NCBI GenBank assembly: GCA_021813405.1
Contig: JAKAKS010000033.1
Location: 12,995 to 44,994, forward strand
From: Nitrospirota bacterium
GTDB taxonomy: Bacteria > Nitrospirota > Thermodesulfovibrionia > Thermodesulfovibrionales > JdFR-88
Direction: 5' to 3'
DNA: 32,000 nt
The stretch's first letter is position 1. Each line of letters begins with the position of its first letter. Positions 26,153 through 32,000 of this stretch are shown here, piece by piece. The notes beneath the pieces are model-generated. The model made no database searches, was not told the origin of the DNA, and saw nothing but the letters and a program-made list of their open reading frames with translations. The position numbers and the translations under genes were made by a program.

Positions 26153-27703
26153 CTAAATCGGGTTTCCGCCAGTGCGGGGGCGGGCTGCCGACAGTTTATT
26201 CAGCGCGTTTACGTAGGCCTTTGCGGATGCTGTTATGATGTCCGTGTCCGCGCCGTGTCCGCGGACCACTCGCCCGTCTTCCTCCAGGATAACGGTAACC
26301 TCGCCCAGGGCGTCGGTGCCGCCGGTAATGCCCTTTACCTCGTATCTGTTAAGCGTGCTTTTGGTGCCGGTGATATGGACAATGGCGCGATAGGCCGCGT
26401 CCACGGGGCCATCGCCGGTAGCGGTCTCTTCCACCTCTTTGTTTTCCATGCGCAGCCTTACCGTGGCGGAAGGCTTTTGCCCCATGCCGCTTGATATGGA
26501 AAGGCCGGCAAGCCCATATATCTCGGGCGCCTTTGAAAGCCCCTCGGACACAAGCATCTCTAAATCTTCCTCATAGATGTCTTTCTTCTGGTCGGCCAGG
26601 CGCTTGAAATTCTCAAATGCCTGTTCCAGCTCGCCTTCTGCAAGCTCGAAGCCAAGATCCGCCAGTCTGGATTTAAAAGCGTGCCTGCCGGAATGCTTGC
26701 CAAGCACAAGCTTTGTGCTGTGCAGCCCGATGGATTCCGGCCGGATGATCTCGTACGTGGACTTTTCCTTAAGCAATCCATCCTGGTGGATGCCGGACTC
26801 ATGCGCGAATGCGTTTGCGCCAACTATCGCCTTGTTTGGCTGCACGGATATGCCGGTTATCTTGGTCACCAGCCTGCTTGTGCGCGTAATCTCCTCTGTG
26901 CGGATGTTTGTGTCCGCCCCGAAGAGGTCCTTGCGCGTACGCAGGGCCATTACCACTTCCTCCAGCGAACAGTTTCCGGCCCGCTCCCCTATGCCGTTGA
27001 TGGTGCATTCAATCTGTCCCGCCCCGGCCAGCACGGCTGCAAGGCTGTTGGCAACGGCAAGCCCAAGATCGTTATGGCAATGCACTGATATAACCGTCCT
27101 TTTGATGTTCGGGACGTTGTCAACAAGAAACCTGATCAGTTTTTCGAACTCCGCGGGGATTGTGTACCCCACAGTGTCCGGTATGTTCACCGTTCCAGCG
27201 CCCGCCTCTATTACCGCCTCCACAACCTCGGCCAGGTAGGCCGGTTCCGTGCGGGTGGCGTCCATGGGGGAGAACTCCACGTCGTCAACAAGGCTTTTTG
27301 CAAGTTTAACCATCTCCACGGAGCGCCTGAGCGCCTCTTTCCGGTCTACGCGGAACTGGTATTTAAGATGTATGTCCGATGTGGAATGAAACGTATGGAT
27401 GCGCTTTTTGGGGATGTCCCGCAAGGCTTCCCATGCCCTTTTAATGTCCGGCTCCTTGGCGCGGGCAAGGCTTGCTATTATCGGCCCATCAACTTCCGCG
27501 CCAACCCGTCTTATGGCGTCGAAATCCCCCTGGCTGCTTATGGCGAAGCCGGCCTCTATAACATCAACGCCAAGCCGGGCAAGCTGTTTTGCTAGCTTTA
27601 CCTTCTCGTCCACGTTCATGGATGCCCCGGGGGACTGCTCACCGTCCCTCAGGGTGGTATCGAATATCCTTATATGCCTTAAATTGCTTCCTTTTTCGCT
27701 CAT
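26153..27703 (-). CDS. leuA: 2-isopropylmalate synthase
   Basis: IRIFDTTLRDGEQSPGASMN, SVHCHNDLGLAVANSLAA, C-terminal regulatory domain; 516 aa. Confidence 0.96.
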   Translation of the reverse strand: MSEKGSNLRHIRIFDTTLRDGEQSPGASMNVDEKVKLAKQLARLGVDVIEAGFAISSQGDFDAIRRVGAEVDGPIIASLARAKEPDIKRAWEALRDIPKKRIHTFHSTSDIHLKYQFRVDRKEALRRSVEMVKLAKSLVDDVEFSPMDATRTEPAYLAEVVEAVIEAGAGTVNIPDTVGYTIPAEFEKLIRFLVDNVPNIKRTVISVHCHNDLGLAVANSLAAVLAGAGQIECTINGIGERAGNCSLEEVVMALRTRKDLFGADTNIRTEEITRTSRLVTKITGISVQPNKAIVGANAFAHESGIHQDGLLKEKSTYEIIRPESIGLHSTKLVLGKHSGRHAFKSRLADLGFELAEGELEQAFENFKRLADQKKDIYEEDLEMLVSEGLSKAPEIYGLAGLSISSGMGQKPSATVRLRMENKEVEETATGDGPVDAAYRAIVHITGTKSTLNRYEVKGITGGTDALGEVTVILEEDGRVVRGHGADTDIITASAKAYVNALNKLSAARPRTGGNPI

Positions 27704-28428
27704 TTTAAATTTGCCTCTTGCCGGTGCGCGCCTTTTTTATGCGCCAACAGGATCAGATTTTCCACAATGCCAACCATAAGGTAAAGCATGGCGAAGCAGA
27801 ACAGGGCAATCTCCGGATACACTGCTACTACAACAATAACAACCACAATGGCCACCAGCAGCCAGAACGGTTTTCTTCCTTTGATATTAAGTTCCTTAAG
27901 CCCGTGGAACCTCAGCGTGCTTACCATGAAGCCGGCCAGCACGTACGTCAGCACAAGCACCAGCTTGTTATCGTACAGGTTAAGCTGAAGCTTGTCCGCG
28001 AACAGGACCAGCGTGGATAATATAACTGCCGCGCCCGGTATGGGCAGGCCCATAAAGGATTTTCTCTCCGTCGTCACCATCTGCACGTTGTACCTGGCAA
28101 GCCTGAGCGCCCCGCATGCCGCATAGGCAAAAGCAGCAAGCCAGCCCAGCCTGCCAAACGCCTTTATCGATATTTCGAAGATCATGATGGCCGGGGCCAC
28201 GCCGAATGCAACCAGATCGGACAGCGAATCCAGTTCTATTCCGAAACGTGTGGCGCTCCCGGTCAGCCGGGCAACAAATCCGTCCACGCCGTCAAACACC
28301 ATGGCAACCATCACCGCCCAGGCAGCTACGGAGAAGGTGCCGTTTATGGCGTAAATAATAGCCAGGAAACCGCTGAACATCCCCATCAGGGTAAAGGCGT
28401 TTGGAAGTATGTAGATGCCTTTTTTCAT
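27700..28428 (-). CDS. pssA: CDP-diacylglycerol-serine O-phosphatidyltransferase
   Basis: CDP-alcohol phosphotransferase motif DGVDGFVARLTGSATRFGIELDSLSDLVAFGVAPA. Confidence 0.95.
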   Translation of the reverse strand: MKKGIYILPNAFTLMGMFSGFLAIIYAINGTFSVAAWAVMVAMVFDGVDGFVARLTGSATRFGIELDSLSDLVAFGVAPAIMIFEISIKAFGRLGWLAAFAYAACGALRLARYNVQMVTTERKSFMGLPIPGAAVILSTLVLFADKLQLNLYDNKLVLVLTYVLAGFMVSTLRFHGLKELNIKGRKPFWLLVAIVVVIVVVAVYPEIALFCFAMLYLMVGIVENLILLAHKKGAHRQEANLK

Positions 28429-29066
28429 CTCCGCTTCCTGGCCAGCACCGTTTCCCCGGCCCGCACCACAGTGCCTATCTCAACCGCAAGCTCCACATCT
28501 GTTGGCAGGTACACATCCACCCTGGAGCTGAATTTAATTATTCCGAAGCGCTCCCCGCGGCTCAGCGTGTCACCGGGTTTTTTCCTGCAAACCGCCTTCT
28601 GCGCTATCGAGCCGGCCACCTGCCTTACAAGCAGTTTTTTCCTGTCCGGCCCTGTTTCCTCCATTACTGTGGAGATATGCTCATTTTTGTGAAACGCCTC
28701 CGCGGAGAAGGCCTTTTTGAAAGACCCCTTCTTATATTTTACCTGCTTTACTTCCACGTCGCAGGGCGCCCTGTTTACATGCACGTTAAGTGGGGACATG
28801 AATATGCTTACCAGCAGCGCGCGGCTTTCAAGATATTCCCCTTCGTATATCTCCTCGGTCAGGATTATCCTGCCGTCGGCCGGGGAGACGTAAATCCCTT
28901 CTTCCTGCGGCACTGTGCGCTCCGGGTCCCTGAAAAAGTAGAACATGAAGCCCAGCAGCAGGACAGGCAGAACCGTCAATATGCCGCCGCCCAGCAGCAG
29001 CGTGAGGCCGGATATTCCCGCAAAAAGGGCGAAGTATGGATAGCCTTCAGGGGCAAAAAAACGCAT
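28425..29066 (-). CDS. psd: Phosphatidylserine decarboxylase proenzyme (short family)
   Basis: YVSPADGRI, IFMSPLNVHVNRAP, QVAGSIAQKAVCR, GERFGIIKFSSRVDVYLP; 213 aa. Confidence 0.93.
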   Translation of the reverse strand: MRFFAPEGYPYFALFAGISGLTLLLGGGILTVLPVLLLGFMFYFFRDPERTVPQEEGIYVSPADGRIILTEEIYEGEYLESRALLVSIFMSPLNVHVNRAPCDVEVKQVKYKKGSFKKAFSAEAFHKNEHISTVMEETGPDRKKLLVRQVAGSIAQKAVCRKKPGDTLSRGERFGIIKFSSRVDVYLPTDVELAVEIGTVVRAGETVLARKRR

Positions 29067-29076
29067 CGATCAGCCT

Positions 29077-30153
<1,077 letters not shown>

Positions 30154-30215
30154 TTATTATAACAGAAACAGCCTGAATAACTTGATTTTTCATTCAATTT
30201 AGCCATTATAGAAAG

Positions 30216-31469
30216 ATGTCTGCGCAAAAGGACAAACTGAAGGCGAAAGGGTTATTGGCGGAATTTCTGCGCTATGCCGGGCCGCTGGGGCTTACGGCAT
30301 CATGCTGGATGGTGGGCGGCACTGTAAGGGACATGCTGCTGGGGATAAAAAAACCCGCCGACATAGACCTGGCCTGCAACTGCGATGTTATTAAGCTGGC
30401 CAGGGGATTTGCCCGTAAATGTGATGGCACGTTTGTAATGCTGGATGAGGCCCTGGGGATGGTTAGAGTGGTGAAGGGGCAGGAGCATCTGGATTTATCC
30501 AGGCTGCGCGGCGAGGGTATCGAAGACGATCTCCGGGAGCGGGACATCACCATAAACGCGATGGCGCTTGCTCTTGCCCCTTACGGAGGGAAACTTATAG
30601 ATCCGCTTGGCGGCCAGAAGGACCTGATGCGCGGACGCATAAGGATGGTAGCCGAAAAAAACCTGCGGGACGACCCCTTGCGGGTGCTGAGGTGTTACCG
30701 GTTCATGACAATGCCGGGACTCCGGATAGAAAGAAAGACTGCGCGTATTTTAAAAAAGCTCGCTCCTCTGCTGGCCGCCCCGGCCAGGGAGAGGATAACG
30801 GAAGAGTTGAAATGCATACTTCTTTCCGGCTCTGCCGCGCTGATAACGGACAGGATGCGCCGCGACGGCGTGCTGCGGTACGTTATGCCGGGCGCAGGCG
30901 CCAGGGGCATTAGCGCGGTAAAGGAACTGGACAGGCTGCTGGCGGATTTCCCTTTTGCACAACAATTCGGGCAGGTTGCCCGGCGCGAGGCCATCCCCAT
31001 GAAACTGGCCGCTCTGGCATGGGCAGACGGCAGACCGCTTGTGAGGCTGGCGCTTTCGTCCGCGCAGGTGAGATCAGCGGCGGCAATCCCGGTGTTTGCA
31101 AGGCGCTTTTTAAGGTTATATCAGGGCAAAGCAGGCCGGGAAGCGCTTGTGAGGGCGATGAGGGATTCGGGGGACCTTGTTTATGTTTATCTTATTTGCG
31201 CATGCGCCAGGCGCAGCGGCAAGAGAAGCAAAGGCGGATTTTTTCATTTTGCGGAGTCCGTGCTGGAAGATTACATTAAAACCATAAGGCCCAGGCTTGG
31301 CAGGAAACTTGTTACCGGCGATGATTTGATCACCGGGTTTGGCCTTAAACCCTCGCCGCTTATAGGCAAGATTCTGGACAGGGTGGAAATGCTTTGGCTG
31401 ACGGGGAAGATAACGAACAGGCGGGGGGCGTTGGAGGCAGCGGGGCGGTTTTTGAGGGCTGTTAATTAA
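30216..31469 (+). CDS. tRNA nucleotidyltransferase / poly(A) polymerase family protein
   Basis: WMVGGTVRDMLLGIKKPADIDLA, DDLRERDITINAMAL, RDDPLRVLRCYRF. Confidence 0.9.
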   Translation: MSAQKDKLKAKGLLAEFLRYAGPLGLTASCWMVGGTVRDMLLGIKKPADIDLACNCDVIKLARGFARKCDGTFVMLDEALGMVRVVKGQEHLDLSRLRGEGIEDDLRERDITINAMALALAPYGGKLIDPLGGQKDLMRGRIRMVAEKNLRDDPLRVLRCYRFMTMPGLRIERKTARILKKLAPLLAAPARERITEELKCILLSGSAALITDRMRRDGVLRYVMPGAGARGISAVKELDRLLADFPFAQQFGQVARREAIPMKLAALAWADGRPLVRLALSSAQVRSAAAIPVFARRFLRLYQGKAGREALVRAMRDSGDLVYVYLICACARRSGKRSKGGFFHFAESVLEDYIKTIRPRLGRKLVTGDDLITGFGLKPSPLIGKILDRVEMLWLTGKITNRRGALEAAGRFLRAVN

Positions 31470-31493
31470 AGGGCGCGGATTTCCGCGCCCTTT
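31468..31493. terminator. Bidirectional intrinsic terminator
   Basis: AAAGGGCGCGGA-TT-TCCGCGCCCTTT between convergent genes. Confidence 0.85.
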
Positions 31494-31511
31494 AATTCTG
31501 TTTTTGCCTTG

Positions 31512-32000
31512 CTACTGTGCGCCGGCCCGTTTCAGTATGCGGACGATCTTATCGTAAGTGTTTCTTTCCTGCTGGCTGAGGGGCGTATAAATCGGGTTAA
31601 AATTGGAATCGAGGTTGGTTATATTCCCTTTTTCGATCTTTTCATAAGCCCATCCCAGCGCGGTTTTTCCAGCGTAGTCCTTCATGTTTACGTCCGCGCC
31701 GTGTTTAATCAGTAGCTCTACAAAGTCCGCATCCGCATGGTCAACCGCCTGCATCAGGGCGGTATATGAGCTGCAGATTGCATTCACATCCGCTCCGTGC
31801 TTTATGAGGACCAGGGCGGTATCCGGATGATCGTTAAGGGCCGCCCAGAGCAGCGCAGTTACTTTTGAGGTTGGAATACTGGCGTTTACATCCGCGCCCC
31901 TGGCTATCAGCAGTTCCACAACTGCCGTCTGCCCTTTGCTTGCCGCTTCCATCAGCACCGTTGCATTAAGGTCATTATCTCTTGAATTCACATCCACGCC
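31512..32000 (-). CDS. Ankyrin-repeat protein (5' end probably beyond the window)
   Basis: Ankyrin consensus repeats: NATVLMEAASKGQTAVVELLIARGADVNASIPTSKVTALLWAALNDHPDTALVLIKHGADVNA... Confidence 0.85.
   Translation of the reverse strand, partial: GVDVNSRDNDLNATVLMEAASKGQTAVVELLIARGADVNASIPTSKVTALLWAALNDHPDTALVLIKHGADVNAICSSYTALMQAVDHADADFVELLIKHGADVNMKDYAGKTALGWAYEKIEKGNITNLDSNFNPIYTPLSQQERNTYDKIVRILKRAGAQ

Overview
The window looks like ordinary chromosome from a GC-moderate bacterium. I could not assign the organism. The + strand carries: a membrane methyltransferase-like protein, a PepSY protein, an acyltransferase-3 family protein, an APH-type kinase followed by a DOMON-like protein, a large Gly/Ser-rich lipoprotein, and a tRNA nucleotidyltransferase/poly(A) polymerase. 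The - strand carries: an FtsX/MacB-like permease (truncated by the window edge), a YncE-like beta-propeller with a CxxCH motif, a YeeE/YedE-type transporter, an ABC-2 exporter pair, a 4-heme CxxCH cytochrome, an RND efflux operon with its two-component system, FtsH, PpnP, two tandem LuxR-type regulators, an ilvC-psd-pssA-leuA operon, and an ankyrin-repeat protein (truncated). The strongest observation is the YeeE/YedE transporter. The ORF track ends it at a TGA placed exactly where this family has its third conserved Cys (GG[C]NIGHG). The frame stays open for 41 more family-like codons, and a 7-bp hairpin with a 6-nt CGGUGU loop starts 14 nt after the UGA. This is a candidate selenocysteine-containing thiosulfate/selenium-type transporter. 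Other points of interest are: (i) a perfectly symmetric four-half-site operator in a convergent intergenic region with no annotated target, next to a 24-codon ORF; (ii) a nested long inverted repeat plus intrinsic-terminator RNA structure upstream of the lipoprotein gene; (iii) a Psd proenzyme with Ser-Ser instead of Gly-Ser at the self-cleavage site; (iv) tandem LuxR paralogs with near-identical DNA confined to the HTH-coding segment.
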